Source: Azolla caroliniana
Lineage: Eukaryota; Plantae; Polypodiophyta
DNA length: 64,000 bases
Direction: 5' to 3'
Assembly: GCA_043228905.1 (NCBI GenBank)
Contig: JBHGNT010000020.1
Location: 10,478,001 to 10,542,000 of the forward strand
Under the pieces are notes generated by a model. The model ran no database searches and had not been told where the DNA came from. It worked only from the letters and a program-made list of their open reading frames with translations. How positions within the stretch are numbered: position 1 is the stretch's first letter; every line of letters starts with the position of its first letter. Made by a program: the position numbers and the translations under genes. Positions 1 to 12,600 of this stretch are shown here, one piece after another.

Positions 1-2453
1 AGATCATGGAGGAAGAAGATGCGTCTTTCGAGAAAGAAAGTTGCACATCTGCATAAAGCAAGAGAAGAAAAATATACAAAAATTTGTTGTAATATCGTCT
101 TTCTTTTGTTATCATTTTATGTGGCGGAAATGGAAAAATTGTTACATGCTTTTAACTCAAAAGTTTTTTTATGGGCCCAACTATTTTATATCTGAGGACT
201 ACCACAAACATACCAAAAAGAGCATATTTGCTCTGAAATGCAAGGCTATGTCCCTGCCAAAGAAATTCGTTTTACTAACTGCTAACTGATTTGATGTGGC
301 AGCCGAAAATTTAGTCCATAAGTATATTTCTTACATAGGTCGGGTAGGGTACTAATGGTTGGAGAAAACATTATTCCATACATCGTTGCTTCTCTCTCTC
401 TCTATTATTTATATATATTTAAAAATTGAATATTTTAGTGCTGCTTGCCAACCTGTGTGTATAGATACATACATACATACATACATACATAGGTAAATAG
501 ATAACAAATTTGAACATTTGAGCATGGCTTACTATCTCCATGGGGATTATAAAAATAATTCAATTCATAATTGATCTAGCAAGATGGTAATACAATTTCT
601 CTTTTGTCTCTTGCTTTCCTTTTCCATTAAATAATATGGTTGATGTTGGATAAAGACTTTGAGTGCTGCTTACCAACTCCATGGAGATTATGAAAATAAT
701 TCAGTTTATATTTTAACTACAAAGATGATAATAAAATTTCTTGTCTCTTGCTCTCCTTTCCCATTAAATAACATGGTTGTGATAAACAATTGAGTATGTG
801 TTGATTAAAAGTTATCTACTTGCATTCTTTTGGTTTTTGGTAATGCAAATTATTAGTAATGAATTGTAGGTTGCAAATGCAAATAAGTAATGGCTTAACA
901 TGTGTCTCTATGCTTTATACGGAATGGTAGTATTGCCGTTGAATTACAAATATCACATACGAACAAGTTAAACCAAAATATCACGTGTTACTTCTTAATA
1001 GAAGTGTACAAATCCTCATGAAAGCAATATGCCAACAAAAGACCTAGGCTTGTTTTGAGGGCGGGTGATCAGAATTGCTTAAAAATGAAAGAAAGATCAT
1101 AGTTCAAAGTAGTTGGTTTAATAAACTCATGCTACAATAGCTTGAAGCATACGTACGTGTTTAGTAAATAATAATGTCCATTTTTGGGAGTTTCTAGGTT
1201 AAGACTATAAGAAAACAATATACACCCACTCTAGTTTACTATGATTCATAAAATGGTACATAGCGTTACCAAATTCTGGAATATTGCATGAAATGATGAG
1301 AGAATAATTTGGATAATCTCAATTTAACAATAGGGAATTTATTTGGAATATTTACATTATTTATATTTCATCTGATTTGATGCCTAGCTACTCTTCTTCT
1401 ATCATAAATTAGTTTGATCACCTCTTGAAAATATTTATTTTACCTTGCAAACTTGTCACAACTAGCTAATTTAAAATCTATTGATATTTTTCGCATTTAT
1501 CAAAATATAATTAAATTTTCCTATCTGCAAAGCTTGGCATTTCCTTTTAGTGTTTTTCAACAACATTTCAATAATTACATAAGGGTGGTATTTTGATAGA
1601 CTTGCCTAGATAACTAAATCAATGGAAAGGGATTCATTTTGTTGGCATTTCAAGACTTACATGGGCTGGATGACCTAAATGGCATTTAAAGAATGATTCA
1701 ATTGTTGGATGAACTTTGTGTTAGTGTCATTTCTAGGAGTGCTTGAACTGGCATTGATCTTGTAAGAAGACTTTGGGTGTCCTTTGGTAAGGGGCAATTG
1801 AGGAATGCTTGAATTATGAACACCCTTGGACATTGTTTATGTAAAAAGACATTTGGGTTTAACTTGGCTAGGGGCATTTTACGAGATATGAAATTGTTGT
1901 TGGCAATGCTATGTTAGAAGAGTATGAATGAACTTAGTGTGTGGCATTCTTTTGGGGAACAATTCGATTATGAGCATCACATGTGTAAGAAGAACACTCT
2001 AAGTTGAACTTGTGTAATGGCATTCTAGCAACTATCCAATTGGTTGGCTTTGTGAAAGAAGAGGTAACTTGTGGTTGTAACTCTGCCTAGGCGGGGGGTG
2101 CATTATTACGAATGATTAAATTGTGGGGGGCATTACATAGTAGTGAGTAAGAAAGAAGACATGGAGATGGATTGTTGAGCCTTGTCCTATCTTTTGAAAA
2201 ATGTTGGCAATTTTTAGGAATGATTGAATGGAGGGAAATGCTTGTTGTGTATATACATACAATAAAGTAAGTAAGTTGGGTAAAGGGGTGATAATTCAAA
2301 GAATTAATTGTGGGCATATTTTTTGTTTTGTTGTGTAGAGAAAGAAAGACTTGTGCTTTATTTTTTTGTTAGTGGGTCTTTTTAGGAAATTAATAGGAAT
2401 TATAGTTATTATGTATATGTATGTATATAAAAAACCTTACATTCTATTCTGTG

Positions 2454-4691
2454 ATGGCTTCCCCTGTTCTCCTGTCCCATCTCTCTTCGCCTCTTCTTCA
2501 AATCCATCCCAACACAAGAAGCAGGAGGAGACGATTGAGCAGCAGCAGCAACAACCCTACTAATTCCAGAAAACCCAAAACACAGCAGATCACAAACATC
2601 CATAGTGAAGCTGAAACAAGACGAAATCAGCAGCACCGTGTTGGATGCAATGGATTCGTCACCACTGCCCAGATCGAAGCTATGGCAATTAGAAGAGGAG
2701 TATCCCTGAAGTTGGATCGATTTGGTCCCCTTTTCAATATAAATGCGCTTGATTTGCAAACGAAAGAGGTTCTGGGCACAGCCAGAGGGTTTGTGAGGAT
2801 ATGGATAGATGGGAGGATTCTTCATTTGGACTCGATCAGAGTGAAGAGGTCATCGTCAGTAAAAGGAGAAGAAGAGAAGGTTAGGAGACCTCTTTTCGGG
2901 TTTGCTTTGCTCCTTGGAGCTGCGGCAGTTTGTTATGGATTTTCCCAGAAATGCACCAAAGCCGAGCTTCTTGCTATTAATGATGGAGATGACATCCACT
3001 CCAAGGTGAGGATTTCACTTCAAACCCTAGGAAGCGCATATATATATATTTTTTCATTTTTCCCTCTTCCTTTTTCTTGTCAGGAGGCAATTTGTTGCTT
3101 CCTCTCAGTCAATATATAAATCTTAGCTTGATAGGATTATCTTTTTTTTAAGCGACTTCTAGGTCTTATATTTGGTTTTGCGTCTATACAAGAATCAAGA
3201 TTTTGGAGCCAAAAGTTGAAGGGTAGAGAGAAGTCCAAGGGGCATATCCGAAAATATACCTTTCTGTTGTATGAGGCTAGGGAGACTCTCGTTAGCCCTT
3301 AAACAGTACCTTCCCGGCACATTCTGGATGACCATGGTCTGGAAGGTAAGATACACTATTGAATGGCTATGGTCTCATGGACATGTCTGTAACAAGGCAA
3401 CAAGGAAATGTGGTCACATCCAGGCTTCCATAAGAAACTCATATCTTAAATGGGATTTATTGTTGCAAAGTATGTAGCCAAAGGAATAGTTCCCTAGGTT
3501 GCCAATCGTGCAATTTTTTTAGATGCGATCAGTACACCATCATGGGAAACCTTCTATCCCACAGATATGAGCATTATAATATGCCAAGATAGTATGATCA
3601 TGTCTATATTATCCATGGCCATGATTCTGCTCCTTCTCATGCTGTGCGTGAAGAGGTTTTATTTATGCTTCATATCACTGCAACTTAACATTGACCACAA
3701 TCCACAGACACAAAACATAGGCCATAAATCCACAAAAATAACATTAGCCAGAACAATTGTAAAATAACGCACATGGTCACGATCCATACAATATAACAAA
3801 GGCCCAAATCTGCAAATGCAGCATCGACCATATTCTATATACATAACATTGTGTATGGACAATTGATCCTTTTCAGTTGCATCAACATGGCTGATGGATT
3901 TGTCTCCTTAAGGATAGATCCTTTGTTCTATCTTAGATCGTGATTCATCTATCATGCCATGAGTCTCAAATATGTGGCTTGTGAATGCCCATGGTCTGGT
4001 ATATGATCTCATCTTGCATCTCAGATTGCGATGATTAAATACTTCATGTGCGCAATAGTCCTCCCCAATTCCCTTCATTTTTCCTTTATTGTCCAACCTT
4101 ATGAGCTGAGGCTCCATGTAATGTATAGCTTGCCTAATGATTTGCAACTTTAGAAGTTCATCACAAACTTATGGATGGTTTTTGTTAATCCAAAGAAAGA
4201 GTGCCATTAACCTGGTTGTGTCATTATGTTGCCTATACTAGATTGCAATTTGTGTTCTTCTTCTAAATAAAACCCTGTAATTGTTGAAACAAGTTAAAGG
4301 AACACTCTTGGATAGGTCATAGAAGTTAAGATTTTGTTATGTATACTCTGGTATATGAAAAAGCCCTACATTTGCTCATCTGAATTTGACGCATGTAAAT
4401 AATCACATCAGATAGTTGATACAAATTCACATTTGGTGTCTTTTTTCCCAACAAAGCTTGATAATCATTTGTTGAAACCAAGTTTGTATAATGTTGCTAA
4501 TTGACTCTTATTTTGTATGATAGCTTGTAAGATACTACACCCGCATGGGCTTCAGAAGTGTGTACCATGTAACAGGGGAGTCTTTACAAGATTTTCCTCA
4601 TATGCTTATATGGGGAGGTGTCGGGACCCGCATGGATGCCAACATTAGGGAGTTGCTTTTGAGATGGTCACCTACATTCCAGAAGCCATAG
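2454..4691 (+). CDS. Conserved uncharacterised plant protein with a GNAT/acetyltransferase-like fold and probable chloroplast transit peptide; 2 exons (2454-3005, 4524-4691), 239 aa
   Basis: ATG at 2454, donor AAG|GTGAG at 3005/3006, acceptor TAG|CTT at 4523/4524, stop TAG at 4689-4691; the phases join in frame. The N-terminus is Ser/Arg-rich. Motifs ILHLDSIRV, AELLAINDGDDIHSK|LVRYYTRMGF and HMLIWGGVGTRMDA; the YY.RMGF motif resembles GNAT motif B. Confidence 0.85.
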
Positions 4692-4798
4692 CATCTGTAA
4701 TATGCATGAAATCCAAGTCTCATTAGGGTGTTACTTTTGAGATGGTCACCTACATTCCAGAAGCCATAGCATCTGTAATATGTATAAAATCGAAGTCT
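4643..4798 (+). repeat. 78-bp tandem duplication spanning the stop codon of gene 1
   Basis: cattaggg..ttttgagatggtcacctacattccagaagccatagcatctgtaatatg..aagtct occurs at 4643 and again at 4721. Confidence 0.9.
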
Positions 4799-5027
4799 CT
4801 CGCACTGGCTATATTTGTAAGACTTTGCTTTTTAGCTTATGTACATATGTAGTTTGACCTTCGGGCAAAAAAAACACTCTTATTCTACAAGCCAGTTTGA
4901 GAATAGGTTAAGTTTTAACTATTGTAAAGGCTATATTTCATAGAGAGCATTTTTAAATATCAAAAGTCTTAACCACATTGAAGAAATAAAGTCCTTGACG
5001 TTGAAATTAATACTTTGTCAATACGGT

Positions 5028-5395
5028 TAACAATTGGCGAACTGAACCACGAAACTGCGGTTTAACGGTTTCAACGGTTCGGTTTGGTTTCAATAGTCAA
5101 AAACTGCAGTTTAAACGGTTTTTAATTTTAAAATTTTTACACCTTATTCTAGGAACATCTTAAAATTTTAAAAAATTCTAAATAATGAAATATTATAAAT
5201 TTTAAAAAAGTTAAAATTAAAAATTTAACCTATGTTGAAAACCAAAACCGAACCACGAAACCGCAGTTTTTACGGTTTCAAAAATGTTTAACGGTTTCGC
5301 GGTTCATTTCGGTTTGGTTCATATTTTTAAAAAAATAAACGGTTCGGTTCCAAACCAGTTTGGACCCTCTCAAACCAAACTGTTGCCGATTGTTA
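5028..5395. mobile_element. hAT-type non-autonomous element (MITE), 368 bp
   Basis: Imperfect TIRs TAACAATTGGCGA / TTGCCGATTGTTA; 8-bp TSD AATACGGT at 5020-5027 and 5396-5403; many AAACCG/CGGTTT subterminal motifs; AT-rich core. Confidence 0.9.
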
Positions 5396-6602
5396 AATAC
5401 GGTCTGTCTTAACATGCATGCTAAATGGAGCAGTAATGTCAGCTCATGTTTATTTTTCAACAGTTGTTGATGAGTTGGTTTTCTCAGTCAAAAGCGATTA
5501 TGAAAAGCCCTATCATAAAGACCATTTTGAATTATTGCAAAGTTATCTGTTTTACACTGAAATAAATTTCTTGATTTTTTATCAACGTATTCATATTTTG
5601 TATTGTGACACAATACTCTGAAATACCTGTAATTGTGTTTTGTTAAAATACAAAAAAAATGAGCATCTGTGTTTGCACATCATCTCATCTACTAGTTCTT
5701 ATTCTAGATTTACGAACCTTCCACAGAACCTTTCTGCAGAAACAGTTACAAATTCAATGCAAATAAATATTTGTTCTATATAATCCATATATACTATATA
5801 TACAAGAGAGCCTGCTATCTAATCTTTCTATATTATATACAGTAGAGCTTGTACGCTTTGGTTTATGTGCAAAACTCATTGAATAAATTTCATGAGAGTT
5901 TGTTTAATTTATACGAAAACGTTTTATGTTGTACATAATAATTTATATGAAGATTGTGCATAATCATTTGAAGCATGTACAGAATCACATCAGATGCCTG
6001 TACATAATCAATCACATTTGGTGTCCTCAACGAAGCTTGAAAATCATGTGGTTATTTTTCCTGATGACTTCTTGAGGGTTTATTTTCATATTTAGTGATT
6101 TAGGGTTCCTTTATCCTGTTACGCGTGGAGCAAACTGAGTGGAATTGACATCCACTCTGCAAAGCTCTATTGACATCCATATTTGGAGACAAAGAAAGAA
6201 ACACATTACAATGCTAATATTGATAGTCTTTACACTTTTACAGCAGAGGGAGATGAAACCAATTTAGGATATTTCTCCATGACCTGGATTTAGATATCAA
6301 ACAATAAATAGGAAATTTCTTTTTACGAGGGAAACTGACAGGAATTGACATCCACTCTGCAAAACTCTACTGACATCCATATCAGGAGACAGAAAGAGGG
6401 AATAACCACAATATAATCTTAATATTCGTATGATCTTTACACTTTTACAGCCACCCAGCCTCATGAAAACCAAAATTGTTACTAATATTACAGTATTGCA
6501 ATAGGGCAAAATTCCTTTGAAGTTGATAGCTCCACAGACAAATGGAGGTGAAATTTCTTCTTCAGCAAGGCTCAGCCTAACCCACTGGTGAACGACATTC
6601 TG

Positions 6603-9600
6603 CTAGCTCACCAGTGTCAATTGATGAGGTTGCAATACACTCTGTACGATCTCAATCATCTTCTTATTCCGACGACATACATCAGAGAGTTCCTCGATTG
6701 ATATTCTGGCATTTGCCAACTCAGTTCCAGATGTGACTGATGCTATAGCTCGCAAGAATGCATTTTGCTCATCCTGAGAAGCTACACTTGAAGGAATAAG
6801 ACGAACTACATCTTGACACCACTGCACAGCTTGCGCTCCATATAACCGTGCAAAGGCTAAAAGAGCATCCATTACCTATTGACAAGTAGAGTTAGCAGGC
6901 AATTCTAATCAATCTTTAAAGACATGTATTTCATGAAATGAATAAATACGTAAGACATTATATCTATGTCTATATATAAAATATCGGAGTGTGTATATGC
7001 AACAAACTCAAATATCTCCCTGGTTTTTCTTATTGAACTGAAAACCCCAAAGTTTTGTTTGACTGCCCAAATCCCTGTTTAAGATGTCATTCCCCAAAAC
7101 ATAAGATCTGGGGGAATCAGGAAATTGTAGGACCATCTAGGCAATTCACTTCTGAAAATTGACAGAGGGAGGTTTTTAGAAGTTATACTAGAAACAATTC
7201 AAATACACTTACTTCGTTCACTCGAGATTCAGGAACAGCTCCAGCAACAGCACCAATTAAGATCCTACATAAAGTTTGCCCCCTTGGTAGCAAGATGGAG
7301 TCTAATGTGCTTCTGTATTGATTCCCACCAATAGTATTGTGAAGATGAAACAGGTTTTGTAAAAATGAAAGAATAGAGCAGCATGCCTCCCTGTCATTTG
7401 AACAGCAAAATCAGTATATTAGAGATAGAATAAGTAGATGAACTGCATCCGAAAAGCTTGTACAATACCTGTGTTGAATTGTTACTCCCTTCATTGCACA
7501 ATCAACAAGGGAGGGTAAAACTGGACTCTGAACCAGTAGTTGAGGGCAATATCGTATGCACCTCGATGCAAGCAGAAAGCAATCGTCCACAATATCAGGT
7601 TGTGCTGTAAATTTCTGCAAATCCATACAGTATTCATTAATCTATGAAATAAACAAAAGTAAGCTCCCTGAATCAAAGCTAAGCTATAACCAGTATACCT
7701 CTATATTTGTTAGGACATTGATAGTCTGTCCAAAAAGCACACCAATCATGTTACCCAGATAAGCAGAACAAGATGGATCATTAGAAAAAACCTGTCATTC
7801 ATGAAATATATGATTGAATAGTGAGGATATCTGCATGTTAGCAGAAACATAGTTACTAATGTAATTCACTTCCAAAACCTTTGGAAAACATGTCCCTAAT
7901 CAATTTCAGTTGAAAGCACTTTGACCTATCCCACAGTAGTCAGGACAGTTTACATCAACGATGCAGGAGAACCAATGCTTTTATGTTTGATGGTAGACAT
8001 GGAGTTAGACCGTATATACAAAAGCTAAAGGGAATATTGATGTGGCAATTTTCTTTAGTGGAGCAATTTCAGATTCTTTCCTCAGTGGAGTGTTCATCTT
8101 GCCTATTGGCAATTTAACATGTCCCCCTACCCATGTAGCAGTGATACCACTAAGTTGTGCTACCATTTGTAGTCTATTCATTTATTAATATAATTGTGAG
8201 TTTTCATCCATAATAGAGAGAGAGACAAAGAAAGAAAGAAAGAAAGATATACTAACGTCTTTTAAGAGGCCAAAATGGTTTATAAGACCAAATAAGAGAT
8301 TACATCTTAAGTGATGTCTCGTCTTTGAGAACAAATCAAAATAAAATAAATATTACACAATAAATATAAAAGTAAATAACATGAAAAGAAAAGAAATGAG
8401 GGAATCTGTTTTTGGCACATGTGAGATTCTCAAGTTAGATATATTGTAGCTTTTGTCTTCAAAAGATCTCTAACATAGGTTGATCCAGAATGGAAATGTC
8501 TCCGAAGCGAGGGAAGCACCTATGATGGCGGGAGATAATGGCTTTTCTCTGTCGATGACAAGGGTGTCGTGGTCGTGGTCCATGCGGCCGAGGCCTACGT
8601 GCACGGCAAATTGCCATTGCCCAATCAATTGTAACCCCTTTGTTATGTCCTGGTCTATAGCCCATTTGTGTATCCCGGGGTTGACTTCTAGCATTAAGAG
8701 TGATGGGGCTAAAGAAAGTTGTGATTGTTCTTTGTGGATGAGCTTGTGTGGTTGTATTCTTCAACAACTTTTCCCAATGTCTCTTGAGCTCTAGCAAGAA
8801 AAGTCCTAGGCATCTTTGGTCCTCATATTCCATTACCTTGCGTAGTGGGCCAAAGCCTTGTTTAAAGAGGCAATGGTAGCTCCCTCTAATTTCATAAAAG
8901 ACACTACAATGACAAACATAGTGTTCTTCAGATTCCACTCCTTGATGACACAATTGGCAAATTCTCTCTTCTAGAGGTAGTTGTGTATATCTGCCTACCT
9001 CAATCTGTAGCTGATATGATGAAGTTCGCAACTGCCCTATCACACTACACAGCGCATAGGATAGATGTATGTCCATATAAGGTGGCCTGATGACAAATCC
9101 ATCCTCTGATGTATGTAAGAAGTGTGTCTTATAGTGGGCCATCTTTGTACCAAGTGGTATTTTGGGGTTGATCCATGTTATCTTGTTTTCTAAGTTAATA
9201 ATATCAGTTCGAATCACTCTATTCTTTTCCACTTTGGTCATATTGAGATGGGGACAGTCCAAGCTATATTGGAACGGGGGTAGGGCATTTATACTCATGC
9301 CATGTGCCTCGAACCATTGCTGCATTTTAGCATACCAACAATGAGTGTCTCCATTTTCAGCCAGTTGTTTTGATGACATAAGTGCCAACCTTGGGTACCT
9401 TCGTTTAGGGAGCTCCCAAAGACGTTGGATAAATGTCACTGATCGGAACAATGCCTTGGGGCACTGATGCTTTGCTCCTTACCATGCGAGTAATCATTAA
9501 CACTAAAGGTCTCTCTAAATCTTTCCAATGATTTGCCTTGTTAAGACTCAGTCCCATGTCTCTACTCCATAGAGAAGAGTTGGTGTGACAAGTGTATCAA

Positions 9601-12600
9601 ATAACCATAGCTTAGTCCGTGGCTCTTGGAACTACAAATGTGCACATTGTCTCTCGAGAGCACCAAGGGCTACATATGCACGAGAAAGTCGGGCACAAGC
9701 AGCCTCCTGTAAGGAGAACCTAGGTCCTGTAAATGTTACTCCTAGGTATGTGTAGGAGCGTGTGTATTCCACCTTTTCCTCTCCCAAGAAGAATTCTGGT
9801 TCTGATCTTGTTACGCATGCTTGGGTGGTGTTAAACACCATCACTTTAGTTTTATTCATGTTGATTGACAAACCTTTGTCCGTACAAAATAGTTTTAAGG
9901 CATTTAGATGTCTTTGTAGTCCCTCCGGAGAGTCAGAAATCAGCACAATATCATCAGCATATAGTAATATTTGTATAGCTATACCTGCCAGGTGTGCTCC
10001 GGAACCCCCAAATCTCTCTATGTACTGTGATACCTCATCTATATATAGAGACCGAAGAGTGTGGGGGATAGTGGGCATCCTTGCTTCACGCCAATTGTGC
10101 TAGCCACCGCCTCTGACAAGGCCTTAGAAGACCGCACTTTTCCTGAAACAAATTCATAGAGTGCATAGATTCCCCATTGCATATCTATAGGAACACCAAG
10201 GGCTTCTAGCCGCTGCATAAGCTGAGCACGTGGCACAGTGTGAAAGGCTTTTCGGAAATCCACAAAGCAGCAATAAATCCTCTTATTGTGGGCTTTGCCC
10301 TCCTCAATAAGGGCCCAGAGGGTGAATATGTGATCCAAAGTTGTGAACCCCTTCCGAAAGCCTGCTTGTCCAATTGAGCGGCAGCCATTTTGCTCTGCCC
10401 ATATACTCAATTCTAATTCTAGAATCGAACCATATAGTTTAGCCAAGTAATGGCCAATCATGATTGTCCTATAGTTGCTTGGCATCATGGGGTCTCCACT
10501 CTTGAGGATTGGCACAATGGTATGTTGAGTCCATCTAGTAGGAAAACCTTCAGACATGGCTCTATTAAAGATGTGTTCTAGTAATGCGAGCAAGGTGTCA
10601 CGAGCATAGATAAAGTGCTCACCCACCAATCCATCATGATCTTGGGCCTTCCCAAATTGTAGCCGATCAATGGCATTTCTTACATTTTGTGGTGTAAAGA
10701 GGGTTGATTCATGTGATCATGAGGCATTCAGGTGGGGAAGAGGAGGTTGCCCCGGGATATCATATAGAACCTTTGCATATTCCTGCCACACCTGAGGTGA
10801 GGTCAGTTGTGGTGGGTTGCCTCTCATTAAACATTTTCATACCACTGATATGTCAACACTTCTGCTTTAAAGTGAAAAGGAAATAGTTGCTTTGCTTTTC
10901 TGGATTGAGTGAGCCATATAAAAGATTATTGTATAATAATTTATCAATATTCACTGCCTATCCTTTCTATTTTTTCAGAGAAAATTGATCACTTTTTCTA
11001 TACATTTCCTAAGATATCCTGTGCCTTCTAATCACTTATAAGGGATGGTATCCAATTATTTTACATTGATCACAGAGGGAGGGAACTTAGAGACCAGAGA
11101 CGTCTCACCTTGATTACTTCACTGGCCAAGTAAAGAAAACATGATTGTTGATGTTGCTGAAACTGTAGCTGCACTTCCTCTAGGAGAGCTCCTAGTGTGT
11201 CACCCAAATATCTTCCAGACATTTTAATCTGTATGTACAAAACTTGTTAAATGTAGAGAAGCATGTTTCGAGATAAAGTTGCAATCAATACAGATTTCAG
11301 AATTCAGGTGATCTACCATTCACTTGAGGAGCTAATCAATCACCATCCTTCTATGTAGTATTTCAAACATTAAAGTGGCCTACCAACGTTTATGGTCTAC
11401 CATTTCAAGCGTCCTACCGTGTTTCAAAGTGGTCTACTATGCATATGAGATCTTAGATCTTTATCGTGACCTAATCCTTACTTATGTAACTTTAGCAAGA
11501 AACCCCAAACATTGTACTGAGCTGTTCTGAAAAATGACTTGCCACCATTTTGTGCAAGAATGCGATACAATGATACCTCCTAAAACTCTACAAAATCATA
11601 GAGAGGATTTCTAAACCACACTATTACTTTGGTTATCCATCAAAAAAATGATGGCCACCTCTCTTCAGTCACTCATACCTCAAAATAAAGACACGCCTTC
11701 TACAACAGTGTTTCCAAGTATTAGTATACATCCATATAAGATGGATATCCACGGCTGTGGATGTAAGGATGAGCTGCAAACCTCCTATCAAGATACTAAT
11801 CATGGTCAACAGGAGGCAATAAGTCCCTTTAAAAAGAGGTTTTACACTTTGTAGAGAGATGAAGCATGAGAACCAGAGTTTTCCCCTAACTAGAGATAAA
11901 TATATTACTAATCTCCAGGGGGCAGGTGCAAGACAATCTCTGTATAAGATAATTATATATAAACCATGGAAGGACTTGTTACTGTAGATTATTCAATCAA
12001 ATACGCATTATCCAAATGGAAGGAAATAAGAATGCAATACTGACCTATTTTTAAAAATCAAAGTGGCATTGACAAACGATCAAAATGTCAAAAATCTCTC
12101 TCTCTTACATTCAATTTATCATAATAATACATAACTTGAATTCTTCTATGAATAATTATCAAAAGCATAAATTCTTACCGCATATTTACAAAGCCGACAT
12201 AGTTTCTCCATTGTTCGTGTATCATAACCCTTCCTTCACAAGCAATTGAGAGTTTCAATATCATTATTTCATAGGCTAAGAGAACAATAATCAGACAAGA
12301 AATTAGACATAGCTTACTGATGAAAGACGTGCTTGAACAATGGCCATAACCTTCTGAATGTGTTTGCAAGTGGTTCCGAATGGTTCACATAACTAGAGGA
12401 ATATGCAACAATCAATTGAAGTTTTTAATATCTAAATTACAGGCCGGTCATTTGCATCACTTACCGAAATATATTAGCCATTCGATCAATGATAATGGTA
12501 TAGCTGCTTGAACTCAATTGTTGTGCAGAACCAACCTGTTCAGCTTCCGCAATAACTTTCTGCAAGTATCAAACGAATCACAAAAGCAGGAACAAAATGT

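Noticed and set aside
2409-2825. 138-aa antisense ORF over gene 1
   Set aside because: No recognisable motif; a shadow of exon 1.
3200-4200. Possible ancient LINE remnant in the gene 1 intron (IA....NH.LRC.M-like segment at about 3990-4060, minus strand)
   Set aside because: Too decayed to assign boundaries with confidence.
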